This document shows positions 1 to 11,129 of a stretch of 64,000 nt of DNA, piece after piece. The notes below the pieces were generated by a model. It made no database searches. It was not told the origin of the DNA and saw nothing but the letters and a program-made list of their open reading frames with translations. Where the stretch lies: positions 10,116-74,115 of IMG/VR virus record IMGVR_UViG_3300036390_000001, one strand, 5' to 3'. A program made the translations under genes and the position numbers. This stretch comes from a virus. The number at the start of each line of letters is the position of its first letter. The stretch's first letter is position 1.

Positions 1-28
1 AATGGAAACGAAACAATAGATATAACGA

Positions 29-64
29 CAAAAAGGTGCCTAGTAGATGCAGGCACCTTTTTGT
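29..64. terminator. Bidirectional intrinsic terminator
   Basis: AAAAAGGTGCCT-loop-AGGCACCTTTTT hairpin with A/T tails. Confidence 0.7.
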
Positions 65-304
65 TTTGAACTATTAATCGCCTACTGGCATCACAGGTAA
101 ATTAAAAGAGCGATTGAAGTCTAAACTTTAAACTTTAAAACTGCTCAACACTTTGCAGCAATCAAAGGTTGTTTTTAAATATATATCGGTGCCGCGTCCA
201 CTTGTAGGGCGCTTTAAGTTTTCTTCACGAACAGTTAAAACCACCTTCTGATAAGAAGGTATTCGCCATAGGAACTCTAAACCCGACGCAAGTAGTGGCT
301 GGGT

Positions 305-3300
305 ATGGAAGTCGGGTCAGTTTCAATTCAACTAGATTTAGAGCGCGCGGGATTTGACCGAGACATATCCTCAGTCGAGCGCACAGCCATTGACCCAATC
401 AAAGCGCCGCTTAAGTTAGAGAAAGGGGAGTTTGATAGACAGGTCAAGGGTATTGGCGATTTAATCAAACCCATAGTAGCCCCCCTCGATGCTGACACCA
501 AAGGATTGCAGCGTCAGTTATCAGGCTTAAAGCTAGATGCAATGCCCGTCCAGCTAACTCCAGACTTACAAGCTTTTAATCGCCAAATACAGAGCTACAA
601 GGCGCCAGAAGTAACCGTAAAGCTCAAAACTGACGCTTCAGAGATTAATAAAATATCTGACCAAATCACTACAGAAGTTAAAACCAAAGTAGAAGCGAAA
701 ATCAGCGTTGACGGCGGCACTAGTGGCGGTTTTAGCCCTGCGAGCATGGAAGGCGCCATTGCCAAGGGAATGCAGGGAGCGATGGAGTCTCAAGGTAGAA
801 GCTCAAAAGCTGATTCAATGGGTCAGCAGTTTACAGACTTCATGCTATCCCCTCTCAATGCTGCCTACAAGGGATTAAAAACTGTTGTTAGCGGCGCCTT
901 AGAAAATGTTGGTAAATCTTTTAGCGACTCGTTTGGTAAATCATTAGCGCAAGGGCTGGACAAAGATTTTGGCAGCGTGTTACAAAAAGCAGGTGCCAAG
1001 GTCGGAGAATCCTTCGGCTTTTTGGGCAAGGAAATAACCAGCAAAACCAAATACAAAGATTCTTTAAATAACGATACTAAAGGCAGCTTTACTGAACTAC
1101 AGCAAGACTTAAAGCCAATTGTTACCGACATCAATCAAGTAGCATCAGCATTTAAAAAAGTTGGCTTAGATATTGGTGGTTTTGCTTCCCACATTCAAAA
1201 TGCTTCTAATTCGGCACTGTCTTTAATTTCCGCATTCACTAAATTAGAAACCATTGTTTCTAAATCGTCTCTTCAACAAACGAAGTCATCAGCTACAACA
1301 GCAACACAAGGCTTTTTAACAGGCGACATTAAAAATCTCACTACAATACAAGCGCGCGGACAAGTTGACGGCGCCAGGAAGCAACTAGAATCTCAACTTA
1401 ACGAGTTAAAATCTTTACCTCAAACATCGGAAACTAGAGGCAAAGTAGCAGAGCTAATTAATCAAATATCTGAGCTTGAGCAGAAAATTGCCAATGATAT
1501 TAAAAACTCTGCAATCCCTGAATCGGTACGCAGGTCGCTAGGGAAATTAAAAGGCGCCGGAGGTAAGCTCAGTGAACTTAAGACAGAAGCCGAAAAAATG
1601 CGCTTGTCGATGGGTTCACCAACGGCGCAGCGTGATGAGTCGCAAGTTAAAGCTAGACCTAGTACGCAAAATTTAAGCTTGTACAGAGCGCAAAGTCTGC
1701 CACAGGGAGGACTCCCCGTGGCGAGCTTTGCGTCTGGTAATAGTGGCAACCGTGACAGCCTCATGGGTATTGAGCAAGAAGCAAAACTTGCTCAAGCTAA
1801 TTTCAAGCGCATTTTTAAGCAGGTTGCAAAACTCTCAGGAATGCCGTCCGAGCAATCCAAAAATGCAAACCTAGGACTGGAATTTAAAGATTTAGGCGAA
1901 GGCGTTAAAGGTGCCTATAATGCCAGAAACAACAGCGTTAGTTTAGCCAATGGCTTACAAAGTAAGCTTGCACAAGGGATTTTAAGTAAAGACGAGTTAA
2001 ATACTTTAATTCATGAAATCCGTCACGCATTACAGATTGATTTTGGGAACACGCGCGTTACAGGAATAGCAACAGGTAATCAGCGAGCAGGTGTCAAGCT
2101 ACAAGCCAAGGCGCCTGATAGCGTTAAAAAAGATGTTGATGCTTCGGTCGAAGAGTATCGACAAGCATTTAAGCAAGAGTTTGGCAAAGAACCACCACAG
2201 AAACTATTAGATACAATTCGCAAACTAGAAACTGATGCTTATGCATTTGCAGAAAAAGCGATATTCCAAATATCTCAAAACTTAGCTAAAACGCTTAAGC
2301 TTAATCCTGATAAACCAGCGCAAGCAGTTAGACCATCGCGATTACCAACTCCTCCACCTCCACCGCCAGAACTTGCAATCAATAGAAGACCTAGGGCGTC
2401 CACGTTACCTACTCCCCCTCCCCCTCCAGATTTTAAACTGCCTTTTGAATCTTCATCTAATCCGGCTCGTCGGGAACCAGAGGAATTAAAGAAAACCCTC
2501 AGATCAAACTTGCTTCGTATGAATGCAATTGCCGAACGCATTCAACAAGAGCAGCAAGAAGAATTTGGGCAATCTTACGGCATAAAAACAATAAAAGGAC
2601 TGCTCAACAATGGACAAATTCCCGACGCTGAATACAAAGCTTTAAAACGTAGCCAAGCGCAAGCAGCACAGGAATACAAAGGCGCAATTCAAGGTGGTTA
2701 CAAGCCTTTTGTTCGCTCAACGGCGATACCTATACCACCGCCACCACCAGCAATACCGCCACGTGCGCGAGAATCTATTCGACCTGAACTAGAAATTCAA
2801 AATTTACAAAATACTACCAATCAAGCAACAAAGGCATGGTGGAATGGTACTACAAACCAACTTCGCCAAATTGGTAAAGACATTAATCAAAGCTTTAATC
2901 CTAAAGTTTCTGCAAGCTCTATTAAGCTCGACAACATTAAAGCTGAAATCGAAAAAAATCAACAGTACATGGCGAAAGCCATTTCTGACCTCCAGCAAAA
3001 ACTAATAGCTGAAGGTATGAATGTTACACGCGCTAACGTCGCTAAAATGCTGCGTAGTGGACAATATTATGACCCACAATTTAATACTGCACAAGCGCGC
3101 ACTAAAGAACTTCAATTTACACGCGCGGATATTCAAAAAGGCAATCAACCCAGCATCGTTGATGGTTCTACCGGGCAGAAGCGCCTAGTAGCAGCAAACG
3201 ACCCAATATTTAAAAAGCTAGCAGATACTCAGCGCAAGCTTGACGATTCTGCTCGTAAGGCGCAAGCAGAAATACTAAAAGAGACAGGACAGCAATACAA

Positions 3301-6300
3301 GTTAACAACTGTCAAAAATTTCTTAAGGCAAGGCAAATTTGAAGGCACGTCTGCTGGAAACGAATACTCAAATTTACAACGTCAGAAACAGCAACAAATT
3401 GAAGAGTTAAACAGGCGCCGCACTGCTGCCGTTGCGCCTCCATCCCCAAGACCAGCGAACGACGCTCAAAGATTCGAGAACATGTTCCGCAGGTTGGAAG
3501 TGATGCTTTATCGCTCACCCATGCTTCGTGGAGTGCCTGCTTCATCCCGACGCTCGCTAGTCTCTGAAGCGACGGGTTTTGTGTTTAGCGGCGCCGCGAT
3601 GATTAACCCTCTCGCTACTTTTGGCGCTTTGTTGGCGCCGCTAACGCCAGCAATAGCGCCCTTAATTACTACCTTTGGCTTGCTTGGTAATGCGCTTAAA
3701 CCTTTAATTGATGTTGTTACAGAAACTATCAAAAAATTAGAGCCAGCAACAAAGCGATTAGAATTTGTTTCTGGCAGTAAAGAAGCTGCTCAAAAAGACA
3801 TTAAATTTGTTACAGACACCTCAGATAAATTAGATACTCCTCAGTTAGCTTCAATAGAAGGATTCTCTAAATTATCAGCAGCAGCCAAAGGGACATCATT
3901 AGAAGGTGGGGGAGTAAAAGAACTATTTGAAGGGATATCAACCGCATCTAAAGCGCTTCAGTTGTCGCAAGAAGATTTAAACCTTGTAATGTTTGGATTT
4001 TCGCAAAGTTTAAGTAAACAGCGTTTGACAGCAGAAGAGGTTCGTCTACAAATTGGCGAACGCTTGCCGGGCGCCATTTCTGTCTTCGCTAAATCTCTTA
4101 ACATGACAGTTCCAGAATTTAACGAAGCCTTGGAAAGCGGTAAATTAGGAATTGAATCATTAGCTAAACTTGGTAAAGGTTTTCAACAGTATTTTCAACA
4201 AGGCGCCGAAGCTGCTAGCGGTGGATTACTTGCAGCATTAACGCGCGTTGATAACGCAGTTTTGAAATTACAAAAAGGATTAGCAGATGCGTTTGGCCCA
4301 GCGCTTGCAATGTTTAATAATGGCTTTGCAAGTTTAATCAATTTTATTAGCTCTAATCTAGAAAACATTATTAAAGTCTTTAACGTTGCAGTGATTGGGA
4401 TAGCAGCGCAGTTTTTAGTCGGGATGACGGTCATCCTTCAAGGTTCAGGCATACCGCAAAAAATCGCCGCATTTTTAACGCCATTAGTAGCGCGCGCCGC
4501 CTCGACAATGACACCATTTGTCTTGGGTATTGCAGCTGACTTATTAGATGACGTATTCGGCGCCAAAGCTTCGGTCATGGACAACATGATGAAAGGCTTT
4601 TACAACATGGTATTGACCGTTATTTTAGCGGTTGACGGCGCCATCAAAAAAGTCAGAGAATTATTCAACGTAGCCGACTCTGGCATCAAGAGTCTACCTA
4701 AAATCCCAACGCAAGGAGAAAAACCAGAAGGCAACAGAATGCTTGATACTTTGGGTACAACCGTTGTCGCTGGGATATCTGGCGGTTTAATGGGTGGCGC
4801 CAAGGGTGGGGCGGTTGGAGCAGTAGCGGGAGCTATATTCGGCATCGTTGGCGGGATGGATGCACTGCGTAAAATTATGCCTAGTGTATTTGTTGAATTC
4901 GCTTCTTTGATGCTGATTTTAATGCAATCAGTAGTATTGTTGAAAATGTCGCTTGGAGTGCAGATTGCTGCATTCGTTGGCAACTTAAAAGCGATGGCGT
5001 CCGCATTTTTAATTAACGCCAAAAATGGCGGAGTCTTTAGGTCGGGTTTAAATACATTGAGTGCTGGGTTTGACAAAGCGCAATTGAAGATGGCTGCTTT
5101 TTCTGCCGCGTTTATTCTGTTCTTCGCTAAAGCTAACTTCTCTAATGAATTGGGTAGTAGCTTTGACAAATTAGGCGACCAAATGGCTAGCGCAATGCAG
5201 AAAGCTGCTTTATCGACTCAAAAGGTTGTCGATAAACAAAAAGAGCTTAAAAGTAAAACCGAACTAAAGTCTCAAGGCTTTGACCTTACTTTTGGCTTGG
5301 GTGAGTCATTTGGCATGGAGAACGGTTTTAGAACCGATGACATGATTAAAAGGTTTAGACAAAGCACGCTGGATGATATCGACGAAAGCGAATCGCGTGG
5401 ACAAATCTCTAAAGAAAGGGCTAGCCAACTTCGCCAAGAAGTTAAAGATAGCTACAGGACTTTTGCTGACAATAATTTCGATAGCAACTTATTAAAAATA
5501 GATGAGCGCAAACAAGAATTAGCTGCAATCACAGATGGTAGCGGATTATTTAGCGGGCAATTCAAAAGCACCAAGGCTGGCGAATCATTTGAAAGAGTTA
5601 AGCAAATTGACTCAGAAATCAAGAATCTGCAAAATCAAAGATTAGATTTAGTAGAAAAACCAGGCGCAACTAAAGACCCAGCAATATCTAAACAAGTTCA
5701 AGAGCTAGAAAAGCAAATAAAGGATAAGGAGAAAGAAAGGGGCGAAGCTGTTAAACCTGTACAACAGCTACGAGATTCTATATTGTCGAGTGAGAAAGTA
5801 TTTCAAGATGCGCTCGCTAAAATCAACGAAGACCCCAATCTTCCCGAAGCCAGCAAGCAACAGATGCGGGATAGGTTACAGCCTGCCATAGCTGAAGTTG
5901 ACAAGCTCAAAGAAAAACTAAAGGAGTTAGGTTTAATAGATTTATCTCCTTTAGGGAAGCAATTCTCTGAAGTTCAAAGCGCGATTGAAAAGTCTAATAT
6001 TGAGCTTGAAAATGATAAAATGCTGCGGCAAGTTGAGCTTGCCAAAAATCAACAAGTAGACTACGAAGATTACGCAGCAGGTAAAATCACTAAAGAGGAA
6101 CTTGATGTTAACCTCAAAACGAGCGAGAGAAAATCTTTACAAAAAGATGCTGACATACTCAGGGCGACTCTAGACACACGCAAAACGCAGGTGCGTGATT
6201 TGTTAGCAGTCCCTAACCCCAGCAAAGACCAAAAAGAGGTCATTGAGAAGACACAAAAAGAAATTCGTGATAAAGAGCTAGAATTAGCTAAAACTCGCAT

Positions 6301-8665
6301 TCAAATTGCTCAAAATGTCGCAGATGCCAAGCGACAATCAGAGGAAGAAGCATTGCGCGCATTCCAAGAGGCAAACGCTAAAGTTGCTTCCACTATTCAA
6401 AGGCAACAAACCGAGCAGGTTACAGGCATAAAATCTCGCTTGATGCGCGGACAAATTACTCAAGAGGAAGCAGACAAACAATTAGCGGGCAATAGCTCAA
6501 ATAGCGCATTGCAAGATATTGAAGAAGCAAAACGTCAGCTTGCTAACTTTGAAGCGAAGCGCAGCACATTCAACTCCAAAGAAGCAATTAAGCAAGAGTC
6601 TGAACTTCAAAGAAATCTTGCTGAAGCTAATTTAAAATATATTGAATCCGAATTATCAAGAATCGACCTGCGTAAAAAACAAATTATTGATGATTTAGAG
6701 CGCGCTAATCGCAAAGCCGAAGCAACAATTAATTTATCTCAAACCAACCGCACAACGGCAATTAAATCTCAATTATTAGACGGCGACATCTCTCCCGAAC
6801 AAGCGGCGCGACTACAAAACAAAATTGACCAAGACGCAACAGATGAAAGTATTGCTAATATCAAGCGTCGCATAGAAGAAAACAAGCGCCTACGCAAAGA
6901 AGGCACGCGCGACGCTAAAACAGCAGACGACATCGAAATTCAACTCAATCAAGATTTAGCAAAAGCTAACCAACAAGCGATTGACCAACAAATACAAGCA
7001 CAGGAGCAATTGCGCGACGCCATAGACAAAACTTTACAGCGCCGCAAAGCACAACTTGATTTAGAAAAGCTTGGCGCCGATATTGATTTTGAATCAACTA
7101 TTTTAGGTCAAGCGCGCACCAAAACCAATCGACTTAGTAGTAACTCCCCCAGAGATATACGCGCAACTGAATTAAGCGACCGCGCGCTTGAATTAAATAA
7201 TAAAGGCGCCGCATTATCAAGCGAGCGCACCAGTATTGAAAAGCAAGCTGCTTTAATTGATGAACAAATAGCTGGACTTGATAAACTCAATTTATCAACC
7301 GAGCAATACAATGACCGCAGAACCGCGCTAGAAAATGAATACGGTCAACTTGCGCTGCGCTATCTTAAAAACCAACAAGAGCAAGAGCAAACCAAGCAAG
7401 AGAAAATCCTTAATAATAAAGAAGTAGAAATTAATGCTATTGAGCGCGCCAAAGCAGCCGAGCAAAACCGCCATCAATTATTAGTTTCTCAACTCGACGA
7501 ACAAAAATCTAAACTTGATTTAATCAATCAAAGTTTAGAGCTAACAGGTAAACTCAATGAATCAAGGCTCAATTTAAGTAAAGCGCTTTCTGATGCGGCA
7601 GTGGCGCCACTCGAAACCAGAAAATCAAACGCTGATAGAGCATTGGAATTATCTAAGCGCCTTGATGACAAAGACTTAGACCCTCGCGTTAGTCGTGAGA
7701 TTAAAAATCAGCTTGGCTCGCTTGGTTTTGGTACTAAAGAAATTGACATACTCAATCAGCGCGCGCAGATTGAAGACGAAATCGCCGCCAAGAAATTAGA
7801 GGCATTAAAAACCGAGCAAGCCTTCCAGCGCAAGTCTTTAGAATTAGATTTACAGCGCCAAGCAATTGCTGCTCAAATGGCGATTTATGATGCGGAAGGC
7901 GCCCAGTTAGCAGCAGAAAAATCAAGAATCGAAGCCGAATCAGCGCTGCGTATTGCTCAAGCTAAAGGCGATGACTTAGGTATTAAATCAGCAGAAATTG
8001 GAATTCAATTAGCTGAGAAAGAAGCCTCAATTGCTGAGAGGAAACTAGAGGCAGCACAAAGTAGCGCCAACGCTCAAGGCGAGCTTGCAAGAAACGCAGT
8101 TCTCGCTCAAGAAGTAACCCAGCGCACAGCAATCGACCAACAACTAGCAGCAGACGGCGCCCGTAAACAAGCCAACGCGCTAGAGAAAGTTGAAACTATA
8201 GCTAAAAATAGCGCTTCTAAGAATAGTCCCGGTGCATCGAGTGGTGGAGGCGCCGATAATTGGGAAAATCCCTACATTCAAAAGAAGGGCGAAGGGATAT
8301 TTGACTACAACCTGCGCCTTAATAAAATGCGTACATTTGGGCAACTCGTTGAAACCAACAACCGCACAAGCGTAGTTGAAGACAATATCTTAGCTAGTCC
8401 CAACCCACGCACCCTACCGCCAATTGACCGCACTGCCCAAGTCGCAAACGACGCACGTATACAACCTCTTGAAAGTCCGCTTACTCAAGCAATAAACGCG
8501 CTTGAATATACCTTCTCCGCAAAGATTGATAATTTATCTGCTGCCATTATGCAAGTCGTTAACATGCCGCGCAACCTCACAGTACAAACGGCGCAACCAG
8601 TTGACGATGCGGCGAGTATTTGGAATGACTTGGCTAATCAGAAGGTTGGCGCCAGTAATTTGTAG
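305..8665 (+). CDS. Phage tail tape measure protein with an embedded zincin-like HEXXH domain
   Basis: 2786 aa, largely coiled-coil; tape-measure motif QSLSKQRLTAEEVRLQIGERLPGA; hydrophobic central segment; LIHEIRHALQ...ETDAY. Confidence 0.9.
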   Translation: MEVGSVSIQLDLERAGFDRDISSVERTAIDPIKAPLKLEKGEFDRQVKGIGDLIKPIVAPLDADTKGLQRQLSGLKLDAMPVQLTPDLQAFNRQIQSYKAPEVTVKLKTDASEINKISDQITTEVKTKVEAKISVDGGTSGGFSPASMEGAIAKGMQGAMESQGRSSKADSMGQQFTDFMLSPLNAAYKGLKTVVSGALENVGKSFSDSFGKSLAQGLDKDFGSVLQKAGAKVGESFGFLGKEITSKTKYKDSLNNDTKGSFTELQQDLKPIVTDINQVASAFKKVGLDIGGFASHIQNASNSALSLISAFTKLETIVSKSSLQQTKSSATTATQGFLTGDIKNLTTIQARGQVDGARKQLESQLNELKSLPQTSETRGKVAELINQISELEQKIANDIKNSAIPESVRRSLGKLKGAGGKLSELKTEAEKMRLSMGSPTAQRDESQVKARPSTQNLSLYRAQSLPQGGLPVASFASGNSGNRDSLMGIEQEAKLAQANFKRIFKQVAKLSGMPSEQSKNANLGLEFKDLGEGVKGAYNARNNSVSLANGLQSKLAQGILSKDELNTLIHEIRHALQIDFGNTRVTGIATGNQRAGVKLQAKAPDSVKKDVDASVEEYRQAFKQEFGKEPPQKLLDTIRKLETDAYAFAEKAIFQISQNLAKTLKLNPDKPAQAVRPSRLPTPPPPPPELAINRRPRASTLPTPPPPPDFKLPFESSSNPARREPEELKKTLRSNLLRMNAIAERIQQEQQEEFGQSYGIKTIKGLLNNGQIPDAEYKALKRSQAQAAQEYKGAIQGGYKPFVRSTAIPIPPPPPAIPPRARESIRPELEIQNLQNTTNQATKAWWNGTTNQLRQIGKDINQSFNPKVSASSIKLDNIKAEIEKNQQYMAKAISDLQQKLIAEGMNVTRANVAKMLRSGQYYDPQFNTAQARTKELQFTRADIQKGNQPSIVDGSTGQKRLVAANDPIFKKLADTQRKLDDSARKAQAEILKETGQQYKLTTVKNFLRQGKFEGTSAGNEYSNLQRQKQQQIEELNRRRTAAVAPPSPRPANDAQRFENMFRRLEVMLYRSPMLRGVPASSRRSLVSEATGFVFSGAAMINPLATFGALLAPLTPAIAPLITTFGLLGNALKPLIDVVTETIKKLEPATKRLEFVSGSKEAAQKDIKFVTDTSDKLDTPQLASIEGFSKLSAAAKGTSLEGGGVKELFEGISTASKALQLSQEDLNLVMFGFSQSLSKQRLTAEEVRLQIGERLPGAISVFAKSLNMTVPEFNEALESGKLGIESLAKLGKGFQQYFQQGAEAASGGLLAALTRVDNAVLKLQKGLADAFGPALAMFNNGFASLINFISSNLENIIKVFNVAVIGIAAQFLVGMTVILQGSGIPQKIAAFLTPLVARAASTMTPFVLGIAADLLDDVFGAKASVMDNMMKGFYNMVLTVILAVDGAIKKVRELFNVADSGIKSLPKIPTQGEKPEGNRMLDTLGTTVVAGISGGLMGGAKGGAVGAVAGAIFGIVGGMDALRKIMPSVFVEFASLMLILMQSVVLLKMSLGVQIAAFVGNLKAMASAFLINAKNGGVFRSGLNTLSAGFDKAQLKMAAFSAAFILFFAKANFSNELGSSFDKLGDQMASAMQKAALSTQKVVDKQKELKSKTELKSQGFDLTFGLGESFGMENGFRTDDMIKRFRQSTLDDIDESESRGQISKERASQLRQEVKDSYRTFADNNFDSNLLKIDERKQELAAITDGSGLFSGQFKSTKAGESFERVKQIDSEIKNLQNQRLDLVEKPGATKDPAISKQVQELEKQIKDKEKERGEAVKPVQQLRDSILSSEKVFQDALAKINEDPNLPEASKQQMRDRLQPAIAEVDKLKEKLKELGLIDLSPLGKQFSEVQSAIEKSNIELENDKMLRQVELAKNQQVDYEDYAAGKITKEELDVNLKTSERKSLQKDADILRATLDTRKTQVRDLLAVPNPSKDQKEVIEKTQKEIRDKELELAKTRIQIAQNVADAKRQSEEEALRAFQEANAKVASTIQRQQTEQVTGIKSRLMRGQITQEEADKQLAGNSSNSALQDIEEAKRQLANFEAKRSTFNSKEAIKQESELQRNLAEANLKYIESELSRIDLRKKQIIDDLERANRKAEATINLSQTNRTTAIKSQLLDGDISPEQAARLQNKIDQDATDESIANIKRRIEENKRLRKEGTRDAKTADDIEIQLNQDLAKANQQAIDQQIQAQEQLRDAIDKTLQRRKAQLDLEKLGADIDFESTILGQARTKTNRLSSNSPRDIRATELSDRALELNNKGAALSSERTSIEKQAALIDEQIAGLDKLNLSTEQYNDRRTALENEYGQLALRYLKNQQEQEQTKQEKILNNKEVEINAIERAKAAEQNRHQLLVSQLDEQKSKLDLINQSLELTGKLNESRLNLSKALSDAAVAPLETRKSNADRALELSKRLDDKDLDPRVSREIKNQLGSLGFGTKEIDILNQRAQIEDEIAAKKLEALKTEQAFQRKSLELDLQRQAIAAQMAIYDAEGAQLAAEKSRIEAESALRIAQAKGDDLGIKSAEIGIQLAEKEASIAERKLEAAQSSANAQGELARNAVLAQEVTQRTAIDQQLAADGARKQANALEKVETIAKNSASKNSPGASSGGGADNWENPYIQKKGEGIFDYNLRLNKMRTFGQLVETNNRTSVVEDNILASPNPRTLPPIDRTAQVANDARIQPLESPLTQAINALEYTFSAKIDNLSAAIMQVVNMPRNLTVQTAQPVDDAASIWNDLANQKVGASNL

Positions 8666-8822
8666 GGTGGTGCGCTAAAGCCCTCTGAAATCGCTGGAAC
8701 GTCTATGAGGCAAAGCATTGAGGGTGGTGCCCTGGAATGACAAAAAATACCTTCGGATGCGAAGGCGTGCTAACTAAAAAGGCGCCTGTTTTGAGTGGAG
8801 GCGCTTTGTTTAGTCTTACAGA

Positions 8823-9059
8823 TTACTCATTAACTCGAACTTCCTTCTCGGCTTCTACTAACTCTTCAAAAGTGCATCTGTAAACTTGCATAAGTTTTTT
8901 GATACCCATAGGCGTCATCCTGGGGGAGGTTTTGAACTGCTCCCAGTTTCTTATCGTAGAAATAGCCACGCCAAGCTCTACAGCTATTTCTTCCGCTCTT
9001 TTTCCCGTCCTGAGTCTCAACTCTTTCATGTTCATCGCTGCTAAGTACTTTATTCTCAA
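8823..9059 (-). CDS. XRE-family HTH transcriptional regulator
   Basis: LRLRTGKRAEEIAVELGVAISTIRNWE HTH. Confidence 0.85.
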   Translation of the reverse strand: MRIKYLAAMNMKELRLRTGKRAEEIAVELGVAISTIRNWEQFKTSPRMTPMGIKKLMQVYRCTFEELVEAEKEVRVNE

Positions 9060-9089
9060 ATATTATCACAACTAGTTAGTACCGTCTAG

Positions 9090-9118
9090 TTGACTTGATA
9101 CCATTTATTTAGTACTAT
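9090..9118 (+). promoter_or_regulatory. Sigma70-type promoter, divergent from the XRE gene
   Basis: TTGACT-N17-TACTAT; repeated TAGTAC motifs nearby may be operators. Confidence 0.65.
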
Positions 9119-9202
9119 AAATGCATAGAAAAGGCGCCCCAGTCTGGACAACGAAAGCGCCTCTTCTATATCCACCAATCTTCATAAGAGGACATTTTAA
9201 TT

Positions 9203-9469
9203 ATGACTCAAGCTGTCCTTGAGGCTCAATTTTTGGCGCAAGAAATTTTCCCGAGCTATGAAATCGACTCAGATATTGACCAAGATTTCGGTACTCTTTA
9301 CCGCGTTTGGAACAGCTACCACTTGTGCGGGACGTTTTATCAAGACGCTGATGGCTACTGGATTCCACAGCCAGTTAAATCAGACTTTCGTCCGCGCGTG
9401 AGAACCGAGATGCAAGCGCAACTCATCATTATCACGGTGTACGAGAACCCTTGCTTGCAAACTGAGTAA
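9203..9469 (+). CDS. Hypothetical phage protein
   Basis: AGAGGA RBS; first gene after the promoter. Confidence 0.7.
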   Translation: MTQAVLEAQFLAQEIFPSYEIDSDIDQDFGTLYRVWNSYHLCGTFYQDADGYWIPQPVKSDFRPRVRTEMQAQLIIITVYENPCLQTE

Positions 9470-9537
9470 TTGATTTTCCCATCACTTTAGCGAGGCGCAT
9501 AACTAGCGCCTCTTTCTTTCAAATATAGGACAAAATA

Positions 9538-10341
9538 ATGAGCAGCTTAACGATTTTTAACTTTGAGTCGCACGAGGTTCGCTTTGTAGGGACGGCAGAA
9601 AATCCTTGGTGGGTTGCAGTTGATATTTGCGCTGTACTCGAAATAAAGAACAACAGGGACGCAATTGCTAGGCTCGACAATGATGAAAAAGATGATGTCG
9701 CTATTACCGACACCATCGGTAGGCAACAAACAGTGACTTGCATCAACGAGTCAGGACTATATTCTCTTGTTCTCACTAGCCGCAAATCTCAGGCGAAGCG
9801 CTTCAAAAAGTGGATAACGTCAGAAGTTATTCCAGCTATACGAAAAACTGGCAAATATGAAGCGCCTCAATCTCAATCTCAACCTAAAGCGCTTGCGCCA
9901 AGCCTTGAGCAAATATCAGATTTGGTTGACTTAACTTTGGGCAAGGCAGGTATTGACCCCAAGTTACTAGCAGGTGTCAAACTCAATGCCATAGCTAAAG
10001 AATATCCAGCGCTCGCGCAAGCCGCAGAAGAAGCCAAGTCGGTTTTAGTGGTGCCAATAGAAAATCAACTACTTCCTCCCAAGCGCATTGGTGAAATCAT
10101 TGGCGAGCGCACTGGCGAGAAGAAGTGGTCAGCACAACAAGTTAATAAGAAGTTGATTGAAAAGGAGCTACAGATTGCCAATCCCGAAGGCGATAACCCT
10201 GATTACTTGCCAACAGAAGAAGGCAAGCAATACGGCGAGATAACGCTTGGCACAGCCAAAGGGCACGGCAAAACAGTGCAGCATTTACGCTGGTATGAGT
10301 CAGTGATTGATTGCCTATTGGAGGTTGACAACAATGCGTAA
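9538..10341 (+). CDS. BRO-N domain antirepressor
   Basis: FNFESHEVRFVG..PWWVAVDIC..INESGLYSLVLTSRK..AKRFKKWITSEVIPAIRKTG. Confidence 0.93.
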   Translation: MSSLTIFNFESHEVRFVGTAENPWWVAVDICAVLEIKNNRDAIARLDNDEKDDVAITDTIGRQQTVTCINESGLYSLVLTSRKSQAKRFKKWITSEVIPAIRKTGKYEAPQSQSQPKALAPSLEQISDLVDLTLGKAGIDPKLLAGVKLNAIAKEYPALAQAAEEAKSVLVVPIENQLLPPKRIGEIIGERTGEKKWSAQQVNKKLIEKELQIANPEGDNPDYLPTEEGKQYGEITLGTAKGHGKTVQHLRWYESVIDCLLEVDNNA

Positions 10342-10753
10342 AATAATTGCTTTAGCGCTTGCTTCATGTTTAGCACTGGCGCCGCAAAGAACACAAGCGA
10401 ACGGCGCCGCATTAGCGCCCGCTCTTTGCAGCACTGGCGTTGGCTGTATATTTGTCGGCGTAATCACGGTTGGTGGAATCGCTTATTATGTTTGGCAAGC
10501 CAACGGCAAACAATACCGAGCAAAGCGCAATGGTACTTTAGTCTATCCCGTGGCGCCTGCCAAGAAACCGAAGCCTTTAAGAAGCGCAAAAGAGAACCGC
10601 CATGCCGCAGCTAGCCCTGAACATTGCAGAAAGATGGCGCGCAAATATGGATGGGAGCTAAAAGATATCGAGTACACAGGTAAAGGATTGTTACCCTACG
10701 AGTGTATTTTCAAAGGAAAACAAACCAGTTTCGAGGATGCGGCTAATGAATAA
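10334..10753 (+). CDS. Secreted or membrane hypothetical protein
   Basis: Signal peptide MRKIIALALASCLALAPQRTQA plus a TM segment; GGAGG upstream of ATG 10334. Confidence 0.65.
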   Translation: MRKIIALALASCLALAPQRTQANGAALAPALCSTGVGCIFVGVITVGGIAYYVWQANGKQYRAKRNGTLVYPVAPAKKPKPLRSAKENRHAAASPEHCRKMARKYGWELKDIEYTGKGLLPYECIFKGKQTSFEDAANE

Positions 10754-11129
10754 TACAGACTATAACAACCAAGGAACGTTAATTATTTACATGGCAAAAG
10801 ACGAAGATGAATGGCTGACAATCGATGGTAATCTGTTAGCAAACGGAAGGTGTACTCAGATACTCAAAGAGTCTTACGATTATCGCCGCATAGAAAAAAG
10901 GGAGGTAGAGATTGGAGAAAGACTTTTAACTGGTATTCGCTGTAAAAATGGTACCAGAACAATCCCAACTGATTGGGTTGTAACATCAACCGAAACTTAT
11001 GCGCCATCCTCCGACATTCCCGGCTTTAGAGAAGTAACAATTGCTTACTGCGAGCGCATTCCACTATCGTTAGAAGAGTTTAGAAGCGCGATTTACGACA
11101 GCGAGGCAACAGAGCATTATGAAGCTTGA
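10737..11129 (+). CDS. Hypothetical protein
   Basis: ORF overlapping its neighbours in an operon. Confidence 0.6.
   Translation: MRLMNNTDYNNQGTLIIYMAKDEDEWLTIDGNLLANGRCTQILKESYDYRRIEKREVEIGERLLTGIRCKNGTRTIPTDWVVTSTETYAPSSDIPGFREVTIAYCERIPLSLEEFRSAIYDSEATEHYEA

Noticed and set aside
865-7311. Antisense ORFs within the TMP and other long genes
   Set aside because: Shadow frames of strongly coding genes, without RBS or motifs
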